Made by a program: the position numbers and the translations under genes. From Zygnema circumcarinatum SAG 698-1b (Eukaryota > Plantae > Zygnematophyceae): 64,000 bases of DNA. Shown here in pieces: positions 52,505-64,000 of this stretch. The notes beneath the pieces were generated by a model, which searched no databases, had not been told where the DNA came from, and saw only the letters and a program-made list of their open reading frames with translations. The DNA is taken from NCBI GenBank assembly GCA_037447605.1, contig CM074809.1, positions 2,284,689 to 2,348,688 on the forward strand. The letters are read 5' to 3'. Each line of letters opens with the position of its first letter. The stretch's first letter is position 1.

Positions 52505-55500
52505 ATGGCGGATGGAAAGATGGGAGAGGTGGAAGTGGGAAAGGGCAGACCTAGAGATGTGGGCGGGAGTGGAGCCGAACTGCTACCGCCGCCGCGAAAG
52601 TGTCGGAGGAGGTCTGGAACTCCTGAGAGCTCTTGTCTAAGGGATGTTGCAGAGGAGGTCGCCAGTCATCTCAGTGAAGGTTCCAGCAAGGAGACAGCTC
52701 CTCCGGAGAGGCCTGCCTCGGTGAGTTGGAGGAGGAAAAGTAGGGAATGATAGCTTTGCTTTTCTTCGGGTCCAGCAGCCAGCCTCGTCAGCCCTTTATA
52801 TGTTTCCTCGTTCACAGGGTTGGTGTGTACCTGAACATTTGCACACTGTCTCCTTCTTGTAATTGCAGCGAAAGCAGGAGGGGAGATTAGGGGCGCCTAT
52901 CCAGTCTCTGTCAGCCTCTGCTCCTTCTTCCCCTTTTATTTCTCCCGGGTCCTCTCCTTCCTTCTCCTACCTCCACGCAATAGGGCCTGCCAGCTGGCTG
53001 CAGGAAGTGGTTGTTCCCTTGAGCCCCGAGCCGGACTCCTCACTGCTTGAATGTTTCCGAGTATGTGATGGTGGCAATATCAAAGCCGAGGTGGCAGCAC
53101 GGGCTTCTATTATCACAGAAGCTGTTCTCTCCCGCTGTGTGGGTCATGAAGGAGGGAGAGTGGGAGGAGGCGGAGAGGATAAAGCGTGGGTGAAGGCAAG
53201 GCAAAGTGAGGCGGTGAAGCTTTACTATCGAGTGCTGGCTGCAATGTGTCGAGTTGAATCCGAGCGCCTCCGAAGCAATAATCTCACGTCTCTCCTCACA
53301 AACGAACGCTTTCAGCGATGCATGTTGGTCTGCGCAGTAGAGCTGGTTCTGGCCTGCCATCGAACCGCAGTAATGTTTCCGGAGACTCTCGCACCAATAG
53401 GTGTTACTGCGTTTGATGTGGGGAAAGTAGTAGAAAGCTTTGTTCGGCATGAGGATAGTCTTCCAGGTGAACTGAAAAGGCATCTAAACTCCTGTGACGA
53501 ACGCATTCTTGAAAGCCTCGCGTGGGAAGGAGGCTCGTCGCTTTATTCCACTCTCGCTGTTGCTCGCAAGTGTCTGCTTCCAGAGATGCAGCGCCTAGAG
53601 CTTCTGCCGGGCCCGCTCCCCTCCTTGGACGAGATTGCTCTTAATACCGCTTCCAAAACAACGCTCACCTCTGCCCCTGAAACTTCGAAGGGTGAGCTTG
53701 TTTTTTTTTCACCGCCATCCTGTCACTCGCTGCTTGTGCAGAGTTATTGGAGAACGCTTTCTGTTTATGGTGAAATCATCCATTCTTTTGTCCAGTTATT
53801 TTTTAGATATATGCGGCTGGAGAGGTTTCCCTGAATCGTTTGTATATTGCAGGGGCAGGCAGCCGCATCCCTGCGGAGAGCCCATGCACTTCGCCTGGGC
53901 CCTTATTGACATCTCCTCTTAGACCAACTAGTAGTGCTCTACATGGGGTTGGAGAGGCTCATTTGGTGCAAACTGTTCGTTCGCCTAATATGGAGCGATC
54001 ATGCCCTTCTTCCGCGTTCACATCTCCTGTCAAACGAGAACCACTTTCACTCCCTCACCTGCACTCAGCTTTCGCGAGGTATATTACAGGGTTTGTCTGG
54101 TCTATGCTTTGGCTTTGCGTCGTTGACGTAGGGTTGCCTGTCAATATTTGCAAAACGTCCCTATCGAAAGAAACACGGCTCAACATGTTGGAAAAGTGTT
54201 TGTTCGTAATCTTTGTCAGTTGACGCCTGCAGGATGAATCCATCTGAGCGTCTGTTGTAACGATTCCTAGTTGTAGGCTATCTTGGTTGCACGTGGCAAA
54301 TCTGGCAGCTATGGATGACGAAACGACCATGGGAACAATAACGACTGATTTCTCACAGTAGTGCAAGCTGCTGGTACTGAATGGTTATGGCAGATATCTA
54401 GATTGTATTGACAGTTGTATATTAATGAATGGCAATTGATCAAAAGATCAAAAGACTACTATATGCCTGCCTGCTTTATTGAATTTCACGGCTGCTCCAG
54501 GTTTCTTGTAAGCTTCTGACTTGTCCTTGGAAGCGTATTGGGTACAGCCCGCAGAAGCCTAGCCCAACAGGTGGTGGGGAAACTTGCGCAGAAATGCAGA
54601 TGAGCGTATTCTTTCGGAAGGTGAGATTACAGTCAGAGTTCAGTTATCCTTAGAGTAGAGGACAGGCGCCTTACCACGTGGGAGCTCGCCTGATTGTGCA
54701 AAGCAACTCAGTTTGAAAAGGCGTCTCCTGTTTTACGCAGGTGTTAAAGCTCGCTGCCATTCGAATAAGATCGCTCTGCGATCGGCTCCAGCAGGCGACT
54801 GTTCTGGCTGAGCAGGTGTACCGCTTAGTATCGCATGCACTACATCAGCAAACAGCCCTATTTTTCAATCGCCACCTTGACCAGATTATCCTCTCGGCTA
54901 TTTATGGTGTCTCTAAAGTAAGGAGTTCCGTTCCGCTTGAGGTATGGCTTTGTTGTTACCTCCTCCAAACAGAGACGGAGTTAATTTTTGGATTCCTGTT
55001 GTTTGGGGTTTGTTCACTCTGCTGCAGGTGAGTCACTCAGCAGTGACTTTCAAGGACATCATTTCTCACTACCGCAAGCAGCCACAATGCAAGATGCATG
55101 TTTTCCGGAGTGTGCTCATTGATGGAAAGCCAGGGCCTGGAAAGGTAAGGGTTTGAGCCTCTACCTGTTTGTCCTCCGTCAAGCCCTTGCAGCTTACTGG
55201 CTTTATATTAAGTGATGGGCGCTCGTATATGAATCCTAATTTTACTTCACTTGCAGGCCAGAGGCGACATCATTCGCTTCTATAATGAGGTTTTTGTCCC
55301 AGCATGCAAAGCCTTTCTGTTACAGCTGGCACAAGCTCCGTCAGCTTCGCCTTCAAGATGCGCAGTTGACAGCAAACTTGACAGTGAGTCACCCACTCCC
55401 TTTTTGCTCAGCTGCTTTTGCTACACTTTGCCAGAAGGCACATCTGAGAAAACGTTTAACGCTTGATTGGTCTCGCAGCTCCTCTATCGCCATTTTCAGC

Positions 55501-56083
55501 ACTCCCACAAGTATCCCCGAAGAAAGTTTCAGCATCACATAATGTCTACGTGTCTCCGATGCGTTCTGGCACGGTAATTTCTACTTCCCTTCACTTCTTT
55601 GGTCTTGAAGAGTTTGCTACATTGCCTACAGGTGATGTTTGCTTTCGTGTTATACTGAAACGGTGTCGTTTTGTTTTTTGTGTGGAAGCCAGGCAGAGGC
55701 ACTTCTTTCACCTCGATCACGGCAGATGTGTACTTGTCTTGGTGAAAGCAGCTCCCCATATCAAAGCCCAGCAAAAAACTTAGCTGCAATCAATAGCCGC
55801 ATCAGCGCCTCTAGGTGTGCCTCTCTCCCCCTCCCCCCCCTCCCCCACCGAGCCTTAAGCTGACGAGCATAGGCTCGTGAGTTTACCGCACTGTGCATTC
55901 AAAGCTGTGCCCTAGAAAGTTAGAAGGCACCTTACCATTTTGTTTCTTTGGAATTGTAACACGAACAGACGACTTGGTCGCCTCGAGTTCAGTGACTCGG
56001 GGAGTGATGCAGCAGGCAGTGGGCGGGCGGAGTCAGGGGGGGGGTTCTCACCAACTTTAAAACGGCCTCGTTTAGATCGATGA
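52505..56083 (+). CDS. RBR: Retinoblastoma-related protein with pocket A, pocket B and C-tail but no RbN domain
   Basis: WLQEVVVPL...AVKLYYRVL...LLTNERFQRCMLVCAVELVL...AFDVGKVVESFVRHE...LPGELKRHLNSCDERILESLAWEGGSSLY (pocket A); GGGETCAE...KLAAIRIRSLC...FFNRHLDQIILSAIYGVSK...YRKQPQC...DIIRFYNEVFVP (pocket B); PKKVSASHNVYVSPMR; last exon RRLGRLEFSD...KRPRLDR*. Confidence 0.9.
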
Positions 56084-57510
56084 GCCTCCGTGCAGTCGCA
56101 GCCGGAGGAGCATGGCAGCAGCAGCAGCAGCAGCAGCAGCTCTTAAATCGCAAAACTTGCCAGGTCTGTTCCGTAGGGGCAGAACAGCTTTCGCGGAAGC
56201 ACGCGCAGTGAATACAGCAGCTCACTTACACATGGCACTATGGCTGTAATCTGCATTGAGCTCCGTTGCGGGGAAGGTGGGTACAGTACAGGAATGGAAA
56301 GAGCATAGGCAGCTTGTACATGTTCAGTTTTGTGGCTAAAGTAGACCTCTGCATGCCGCACACTTCCAGTTCTACTAGAAAATATATCAGACCTAATATG
56401 CTGGAAGGCCACTAACGTCTGCTGAACCTATACTTCGCGAAGCTGCATTTGTTGGAGTAGTACTACTTACTGACTGACAGACGGTGCAAGAATCTGGCGG
56501 AGGATTTAGAAAGGAAGGGAGGATGAAGAGGGGCCACTTATGTACAGTGTTGGAATAGTTTCGGGCCCAAAGAGAAGAGCAATATGCGTGTGCGACGCAC
56601 AAGTGTGAAAATGCAGGGCATGTCTATGGTTATCCCCTGTATCAGGTGAAGGCCCGAAAGGATTACTCAAGTCGAGTACCACTGGGCAACCTTACGACAA
56701 TTTGAACGGCCCTTTTGGGTGTTTTTGTTGTGTTTTGTTTATGGGGGCACCGTGGCCCTACCCTACCCTTGGGTGTTAAGTTTGCATGGCGGAAAATGAA
56801 GGGCCCAATATCGTGTTCCAATATCATCCATGCATTTAGGGTTTCTGGACTGCATGCGTACAATGCATGAATACAAAACGATGTTATGGTCTCGAATTGT
56901 GCTGTTGCTATCTGCATTGGACCCACGAGCTCTCACTTCAGTTGGGGAATTGAGAACGATGCACGACTCCCTAGGCATTATTCAAAAATATTTGAATATC
57001 GGAAAATTCCTTGCTCTTTATTATCTCTGAACAGACATGTGCCTGCTGCTTTCCGGGAATCATGCCTGACAGCGTGTGTTACAGAAGCTTGAATAAGCAA
57101 AACTTTTCTCAGTATGTGTACCAGCTGCAGCTGATTTGGGGCAGCAATTTTCACTTCTTAACTTCTGACCTACACTAGGCCAGCACACTTCATTACCAAC
57201 TCGAGCTTTCCGTCAGAGCCACCAAGGCAGTCCTCTGAGAGACAACAGGATGGCCTAGTTATAATTTGCGCAAAAACTGTGGACTTCCCGTAATCACCAG
57301 CCGCAAGACTGCGAAGCGAGGTCCGTAAGATCCTTCGGCATTAAACGTGTGGCAGAAGAACAAAGTCGAAAGCCTTCACGTAATTTCTGCGTAAGTTTCA
57401 ACTATCACTGTAACGTATACGTATCCTCCGCCGGGCGCAACTACGGGGAGAAGCGAAAGAAAATCGAGTCAATCCACAGCTGCGGATGTTGAGTGCACAG
57501 CTTGAGATGG

Positions 57511-57568
57511 CAAAATTAACGTCTCAGTACGAAATGAGCAAAATTAACGTCTCAGTTCGAAATGAGCA
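57511..57568 (+). repeat. 29-bp tandem duplication
   Basis: gcaaaattaacgtctcagt(a/t)cgaaatga occurs twice. Confidence 0.9.
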
Positions 57569-57740
57569 GCTGAAGCTCATGCGTGACCAAAAACGAGGTT
57601 AATTAAACACATGCTGATATCAGAATGACTAATCGAATCAAGTCATTACCCGTGGACCTAAAAACAAGTGGTTGCGCGAAAAACAAAACAGCCTGCAAAT
57701 TTGCGGTGTCCTCACGCTTATGGACAAAGGAATATAGCAG

Positions 57741-59301
57741 TTACTCGGATGCCCCGGCCTTCTCCTCACCAGACTTCCCCTCAACATTGGCTTTCTCCTC
57801 ACCAGCGACCTTCTCCTCACTAGCCTTTTCCACTTCAGAGGGTATCTTAAGTTCTGCCAAATCATCTGCTACCAAATCTGCCGCCTCCTTTTCCTCCTCT
57901 GAAACCGTTCCCAACAACGCAGCCATTTTATCTTGCGCTTCTTCAAATGCTGACTTGAATTTCTGAGCACCTGCGCAACCAGGGAATAATGCGCGATACC
58001 TACTTAAGCAAGAGATGCACAATGATCCTACTGACTTCAAAAACAAGTTCATAGAAAGAACCTCTAACTGACAACCAAACATATTATCGCAGATACGCTG
58101 GGCCAGATAATCAAGACAAAAAAAACCCTAAATACAGTAAACAATCATGACGATAGCGAAAGTCTGCAGTTCAATAAAAACCACAAACAAAAAGTACATA
58201 AACGACAAACGCAAAAAAGACTTACTTTCAACACTTCCAAAGCGCATGGTGAATAGCTCCTCCTTTAAGTCCCCGTCGGCAAAATCGTTGGCATGCCATA
58301 CCCAGGTCTTGTCGCTTCCTGCATGCTCCTGCAAGACAGTGCCCGGAAGGACTGCAGAAACCAGCAACAAAAACCAAATTTATTCAGCTTTATGCATCTA
58401 GCCTCTGGCCAATCTAGAAACATAAGACATCGAAGAAGACAGAAAGTTCGAGGAAAGGAGCCAAAAAAGAATTTCATTCAAAGGTATTAGGCTGTAAACA
58501 ACAAAATGTAAGGCCTCAACAACCTGAGCACTTTCTACAACAACCAGCAGGCTGCGAAGTAGACGGGAAGCAGCAAACCAGCCACAATCCCGGCATAACA
58601 GTCATGTAACCTTTGATAAGCTAACCAGAAAATTGATTGAAGTGTTAATATAAGCGCCAAACAACTCCAAGACATCCGCCTCCGCAGATCATCAGAACTC
58701 GCGACATTTTACATGCATGCTTCTCGAAGGTTGCTGGAGTGACCTGCATGATTTGCACAAATTTTCAAGGTCCTTTGCTGTCGCATGAGTAACCGAATCT
58801 TCTTTGACTCTTTGTGCTCCAACAGCTTTACTTGGCCGACTCCGCGCTCCTTCCACTGCGAACCATCCTTATCAAAGCGATAAAGCTTGGCCTTGCTGCA
58901 GATGAGGCATGGACACCTCGAATTAGCAAGGAAGCCTCCAACCACCATAGCAAACGGTAAAGCAAAAACCTAGCACAGAAGCACACCTTTTCGCGGGCGA
59001 CACGCTCCAGTCGCCATGCCATCAAGCTGAAATTGAATAACCATATTCATTCGAAGCCCCTGCGACAATATCAGCTCATTCATGCCTACCTCCAAAGCCC
59101 AGGGCAGATTCCTCACATGTCGAAGAGAGCATTTTCATGTTCCTCTCCTGTGCTAACCGACACCGCTTCCAGCTTCACAATTGGCGCGATGTTGGCTCCC
59201 GTATCCTCCTCCTCCCCTTTGGTGTCCGCCTCCTCTGCTGCATTACTCTGCTCCGGCTCCGTACTCTCCTCCACCTTCTCTCTGTCTTCGTCACCGGCCA
59301 T
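57741..59301 (-). CDS. RANBP1: Ran-binding protein 1
   Basis: [52 protein letters not shown]...[63 protein letters not shown], acidic tail. Confidence 0.96.
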
Positions 59302-59948
59302 GTCTGTAGATCAAAGGCAACAGAGTTCCCCCCCTTCCCTTTCCGTCCCTTAGAAACGATAGAAACGAGAACGGAGTGCAGGCGCCAAGCGAGAGCCGCC
59401 AGCCAAACCACCCCCCGCTTCCTGCAGTCCTCTCTCCCTCCCTCGCTCTTTCTGGAAGCTTTCACGGTGCGCGTGGCGAGACTTGACGCCGCGCCCTCAA
59501 AGTGGAAAAATCACGGAGGCCGCCCCGTCTCAATTGCGCTCCGTCTGAATGCAAAAACCTGCTCGTCTGAACAGACAGACCCTCGGGCCTAGGGGGCTAG
59601 GGGCCTAGGAACCTAGGAGCTAGGGGCTAGGGTCGTGCCCCCCAAGCCCAACGCTGCAGATCGCAGATATTATCACACGGGTCCATGTGGATCCTGTTCG
59701 ATGCTGCGTAGTTTTATGTTCCATGTATAATTAAAAAGCTGACGGGGATCCAAAACTGTATATTTAACTGTAACTGTGACACGGGACGGGTCGGGGTCGC
59801 AGCGAGTCGCACGCGTCGCAGCACGGGAGAGTTGCGGAGGTGGCGCAGGAGGGAGGGAGGGAGTTCAGGGAGTACTGAAGGGGAAGAAAAGGTCCTGCTC
59901 TAGGGTAGCCGCTGCTGGGAAGTTGGAACGTCTGAAAGCGCGGAGGCC

Positions 59949-62496
59949 ATGGCGCGGCCGGTGTTCTGTGGTAACTTCGAGTACGATGCGAGGCAGTCGG
60001 AGGTGGAGCGCATGTTTAAGAAGTTTGGAAGAGTGGAGAGGATTGACATGAAGACAGGTAGGGCGCAGCGCTGGGACTTATCAAGTTGGCAAAATATGGT
60101 TCCTTCTTGCTAGCGACGTGATTTTTCGCATTAGCAACAATGAGTGTTCAAACTGCTTGCCCTTGGCTCATGGACACCAATATAGGAGCGTGGTTGCGTT
60201 TCTCTACAGTGCTTGGCCTCCAAATTGGTCCGAAGGTAGTGAGTCTTTTTTGCATATGTTTTGTGCAAAGAGTTTCCAGCGATCTCCCGTCAAGGAGAGA
60301 GATGATGGTGGCTAAGCCTAGCACATGCAGGTGATGATACGGCATGGCATGCAGGCCTTCTTCCTTCACCCACCACTCAGCATCTCGTTACATCAGAGCA
60401 CAGCCTGTCAATTGGTCTACGCAGCGCTCCAGGACAGTTTCGTATGGCAGCAGAGGAAGACAACTTTTGGACTACCTGCTTTATGTCTACTCTCACCGTC
60501 TACGCATCGTGTTGTCATAGGAGTGAAAATTGCCACGCCCCCGGCTCTGTATCAAAACTCTTCTTTTGCCTTGAGGCGGATTGTTCCTATCTGCACGCAT
60601 CAAGAGAGTTCTTCGGATGGCGACGTAGTCACAGGAGGAGGCCAGCCTGCGGGCTGCCTGCCTGAGCTATGTCCCTGCTGTGGCTCGTCCTGTGTCAACC
60701 GCCTGGGCAACCTTGCCAAGCTCATCGCTGTCATCATCTGTTTTGCAGAGGCCTCACTTCAGGTGGTTTACTTTGTTGTCCATTTACCCCGACCCACTCG
60801 CATTTGCAATGCAAGCTGAGGCAGCATTGCAGGAGCATGCAAGGGTCCCCACCCTTGTTTTGCCCCACGAGGTTTGATTGTTGTATCTGCACAAAGCAGG
60901 TCCAACTTCTACAGGGGTTTGATTGTTGTTTTTATGCTTGATATCTGTGCATTTATATGGAAGTTCGCGTTTGTCTCGGTCTTCTTTGTTGGCAGGATTT
61001 GCATTCGTGTACATGGAAGACGATCGCGATGCTGACGATGCCATAAGAGCTTTAGACAGATCTGAATTTGGTAAACAACGGCGGCGATTAGTCGTGGAAT
61101 GGGCGAAGGTGCGCATTTTTCTCTCCTACTTGAGGGGTGCTCTATTACAGATGCGTTAAGTTTTGGGCTGAGGCTATCATCTCATCATGCCCTTTCGTTC
61201 TTGAGCCTCCTAGAAGAGACTTTCACTTGTTGGCAATAGCCATGCGATACTTGAGACAGTATGACTGTCTTTGTCATCATAATTATGGATAATGTTTTAT
61301 ACTTGAACTGATCACGCTGCAGAACATGGCAGCTACACGACTGTGCAAATTATACAGCAGGCTGTTCCTTCAGAAATTTGACAGTATGTGGTAAAGATTT
61401 CTGTGGCTGAGAAACAGGGTGATGGAGCAATCAAACGGCGTGAGGAAGATCGGCGGTCATTGACCAAAGCAAGACCGACAAAGACATTGTTTGTTGTGAA
61501 CTTTGATCCTGTCAACACTCAGGAGCGTGACTTGGAAAAGCACTTTGAACCATATGGGAAACTCGTCCGCGTTCAAATTCGCAAGAACTTTGCATTTGTG
61601 CAGTACGAAACCCAGGATGAGGCAACTATGGCAGTAGAGAAGACAAATGGAAGGTGAATCTCAAGCACATGCATGAATAATGTCCTAGAATGTGCATTCT
61701 GAAGGATCATGGATCTGTTGCGAGAATGTCATCATCCTTTTTGCCGGCCTGCCGGCCTGCTTATTTTCTGCTGCTGTTGTACACCTTGCAGCACTGTTGA
61801 TAACCGTATCATCACCGTGGAGTATGCAGCCCGGGAGGATGGCGATCCCCCTGGAGGCTATGGTGGTGAGCGGCGGAGGAGTCCACCTGGTCGGTATGGA
61901 AGGGATGATAGAAGAAGTCCGGAGTATGACCGGTACAGAAGGTAAGTGGTGTTTGTCGAGAGTACGAATAGTTGGTCACTGTTTTGGACTCCAGTTCATT
62001 TCAGTTCAACTGAGCCGGTTCCTCATGATTGTGGAGATTGCGTAGCCATGCTGTGTATAGGTGATGTCAGCATCATCATTGTCCGTGGGTCTGTGTATGT
62101 TGTTGGCTGTTCTGAAACGACTGACATGCAGGGATTGGAGCCGTTTTTCGTTCTAAGAGGATTGATTTCATTTCTTTTCGCCGTCGCTGGAGTCAAATTT
62201 TCTTTTTGTGACTTTCTAATCCATGCTGATCATGAACGCATGTTATTCACCTTGTTAGTGGTTGATGTTTTTTATTTGTGTGAGATCAACTCAGCTCGGC
62301 AGTCCCCCCACCCTCCCCCCCCCCCCCGGGTTGTAGGCTTGTCATCTTCGGGTTTAAGCAGGTGCTTAGACTGAAATATGGAAAAGCCCTGATGCTATTG
62401 TCTGTTGCCTCAAAATGCTGCTTGTTCTGCAGCCGATCACCACCTCGAAGGTATCGCAGTCGATCCCCGGAGTATCATCCCTACCGCCGATCATAA
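59949..62496 (+). CDS. RS31: Plant-specific RS-subfamily SR splicing factor (RS31/RS40-like, two RRMs)
   Basis: [37 protein letters not shown]|[20 protein letters not shown]...LVVEWAK|...[13 protein letters not shown]...[13 protein letters not shown]...|...TVEYAARE...RRSPP; final exon [20 protein letters not shown]. Confidence 0.95.
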
Positions 62497-64000
62497 GCAC
62501 GCTGGTGCTGTACGCTCGCTTTACTGTTTGTTTTTAAAAGCAGGGGCTTGAAAAATGGTGAGAACTTGGTGATTAGCTTAGGCATCAGATGGCAAACTCT
62601 TTCACTACAGCCATTGTGTAGATTGTATGCAACACACTATGACAGTGGGATGCAGCAAGGAGACATGGAACACGGTGCAGACTGGAATACCGTATGGGCG
62701 TGGATGACAGAATAGCCAGTAGACACGATTGTGTGCGAATGAAGTGCCTGTACATGGTTAGTTGTGTGCTGAACTTACAATGATGATGTATTGACACTCA
62801 CTTTTTCAAATATTTGTCATATAATCTGGCAATCACGGGGTCCCTTCTATGGATTACACCATTCCGTTGTCGCCGATAAAGCCAAAATAAATTCCCCTTA
62901 GAGACGCTGAAGTGGTGCATATTCACAAGCAAAAGTGCCTACTCACTTGTCACCATGGCCTACCGCTCGGCCAAAGAGCACACCAATATCTAGGTATTGG
63001 TGAGTGCAACAATCGTTGCTTTACCCGCCTGCCTGCTCGCCGTCTGCGTGCATTCGATCGTAAGGCGTCTGTCGCTCTTATTTGTAACAAGGATGAAAGT
63101 TTCAGTCCTGTTGAGTGTGTATTGCCGAGAAAGCAAGGCGAACGAGTATGATTGTTTATGGAAAAGGTAATCAGGTATCTGAAAGGCTCAACAAATCAAT
63201 TAAGCTTAAAAAAAAATCATTTTCGCTTACTAAAATAAAGTTTTGTAACATGCACATAAAAAAATAAAAAAACTTGATAGATGAAACCACTTGAAGGATG
63301 TGCTGGTCCATTTCCCTTCAGTAAGAGATTGTCCGTGGTGGAATTGACCCAAACATTGACCTTGCAACCGAGTAGTCGCCCTCTTGCCTCCACCACAATG
63401 GCGCGTCTCCGACCGCATGTACCGTACGGTAGGCCATTTTTAAAGAAGCCGCTCGGACACGCATTCCTTGACTACCACATACCGCTCGTTTCAGTCAAGG
63501 TCTTCTCCAACACTCGCTTGTTTCCTGAGGGCAGAACAGGAGGAATCAAGGATTTTCTGCTGCTCATCTTCTGCGCTCTATCGCTGTTTCTAGGACGTTC
63601 AAAACCAGTCCAGTGTTTGCTTTGAAACACTGACGCAGTCTCTCCTTGTACCATACAGACAGTGCTTGACAGACGTGAACTCTTGCTGTCATCAAGCCGG
63701 CAGGGCGGCGTCTCTGAGTCGAGGAGCATCACATGGCTAGCCCTGCAGAGTATGTGCACACGTGAAGTTCCTGCCAGCATGCGTGACTATATGCTCCATT
63801 AGACACAGATAAACACAGACAAGCACGTAGTCATCAGCACACGCGATCAGTAAATCTTAAAGCAATTCAGCTCAGATAGTAGAATCATCCATAACAAAGC
63901 ATTTTATCCGTGGAAGGTGGTTAAATGCCACTTCAATGTCAAGCGCGTCTTCACCCCCATTTCGCTTTTGCTTGCTGAATGAATGTAACTGTTGGGGGAT

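Noticed and set aside
59590-59635. CTAGG(G) repeats in the RanBP1/RS promoter as telomere-like or TE ends
   Set aside because: Short irregular microsatellite-like run with no further structure.
63472-63780. Possible minus-strand exon of a gene starting beyond the window
   Set aside because: It has a plausible acceptor and donor but no recognisable protein similarity and no linked exons, so it is not supportable.

Overview
Eukaryotic nuclear DNA from a streptophyte: plant-type XXT, DREB/AP2, RBR, RS-subfamily SR protein and plastid-targeted genes with short spliceosomal introns. A streptophyte alga such as a zygnematophyte is my guess; the species cannot be determined from sequence alone. Bases 1-7.7 kb are a transposon nest. 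It holds a MULE-type foldback, four TA-flanked Tc1/mariner-type MITEs, a 5'-truncated CRE-clade (RT plus restriction-like endonuclease) non-LTR retrotransposon with an 8-bp TSD, and an 8-bp-TSD foldback MITE. Three 10-N gaps with duplicated flanks indicate assembly problems there. Eleven protein-coding genes follow, mostly in head-to-head pairs: XXT(-)/NSH2(+), AP2-DREB(-), coiled-coil TM protein(-)/plastid membrane protein(+), RPL18a(-)/organellar LysRS(+), UNC-50(-)/RBR(+), RanBP1(-)/RS-type SR(+). A second TE cluster lies at 39.5-42.2 kb. The most notable observations are: an RBR lacking the whole N-terminal domain and carrying Ser at the human C706 position; a conserved 3' stem-loop shared by the CRE element and five short relics; a MULE whose arms form a spacerless palindrome around a Tc1-type MITE; an array of AACCATTG/CAATGGTT mini-hairpins; and three GC-AG introns. 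I found no CRISPR, tRNA or rRNA. Exon structures were read by eye, so coordinates are approximate to a few bases.
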